From NCBI GenBank assembly GCA_043228905.1, contig JBHGNT010000011.1:8370001-8434000 (forward strand): a stretch of 64,000 nt of DNA, given 5' to 3'. The notes under the pieces were generated by a model. That model worked only from the letters and a program-made list of their open reading frames with translations, made no database searches and was not told where the DNA came from. Below are positions 63,298-64,000 of this stretch, piece by piece (within the stretch, counting starts at the first letter, position 1; every line of letters begins with the position of its first letter). The position numbers and the translations under genes were made by a program. This DNA comes from Azolla caroliniana (Eukaryota; Plantae; Polypodiophyta).

Positions 63298-64000
63298 GCA
63301 GACAAGATTTGGACCTGAAGATTCTTGCTCCCTTACGAAATGAAGGAGAACCAAGAAATGATATAAGAGTTGGAATGAATCGGAGGCACCCTATTCGGAA
63401 GAGGCCTTTGATTCGAAGGAGTTGAATCAACAGAAGGCCAAACGAACTAGAAGGTAGTGAAAGTTGACACCGAGACGGAGGAACCAACGGGTCGAGAAGC
63501 GCCAAAGTCACAACAACGAAGGAGCTGAGATGGGCCTTATGAACAGGCAAGCGGACTGAGAAGGTCAAGGTTTGCGGAATCGGATGGGTCGTGGAAAGCA
63601 GGACCGGACGTGTCGAGGAGCGCGAGCAAGGCGAGAAGATGCTAGGAGGAGCCGGAGGGAGGGACCGGCAAACACTAACACCACGATCCAAACTCAAGTT
63701 GAGCTTGATGGGGAGTGTTGAGCGAGCATGCTCAACCTGATCCGGATCAGTATTTGGAACGAAGAGCCCGATCGGTGTCCGAAACGAAGTGTAACTGGTA
63801 GACCATTAGAGGCCTATGACCCTAGCCTAATAAGTAGGCATATTTTTGGGAGTCTATGTCTAATGCTCTGTACGAGCATTGAAGTTCATGTCAGTACTTC
63901 TATCAGTCCTTTTAAGGACTTGTATAAAAGTGCTCACTAAGCACATTGTATGTAAAGAGTAATATTGTTTTGAATTTGAGTCTATGTTGTTCTACTCTCT

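Noticed and set aside
63236-63697. 153-aa minus-strand ORF as a gene
   Set aside because: It spans the junction at about 63297 between the MULE-like copy and an unidentified sequence running to the window end; no recognisable motif

Overview
Eukaryotic, repeat-dominated plant DNA. The retroelement families suggest a large-genome seed-free plant such as a fern, but that is an inference. Most of the window is nested, decayed transposable elements: several Ty1/copia and Ty3/gypsy LTR retrotransposons (five with both ends and a recognisable target-site duplication), a LINE RT fragment, and pieces of a Mutator-like (MULE-like) DNA transposon family carrying uncharacterised intron-containing genes, one with an FCP1/NIF phosphatase-like domain. 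The only recognisable host gene is a MIR160 hairpin (minus strand, about 19.5-19.6 kb) in a low-copy island. The most unusual signals are: (1) a chromovirus family whose LTRs carry an antisense tRNA-like A-box/B-box module and phased heat-shock elements, with one copy showing a self-priming site in place of a tRNA primer site; (2) the MULE-like cargo genes; (3) a gypsy element with 180-bp LTRs, a 4-bp TSD and animal-like Pol motifs. All assignments come from reading the sequence; no database searches were run.
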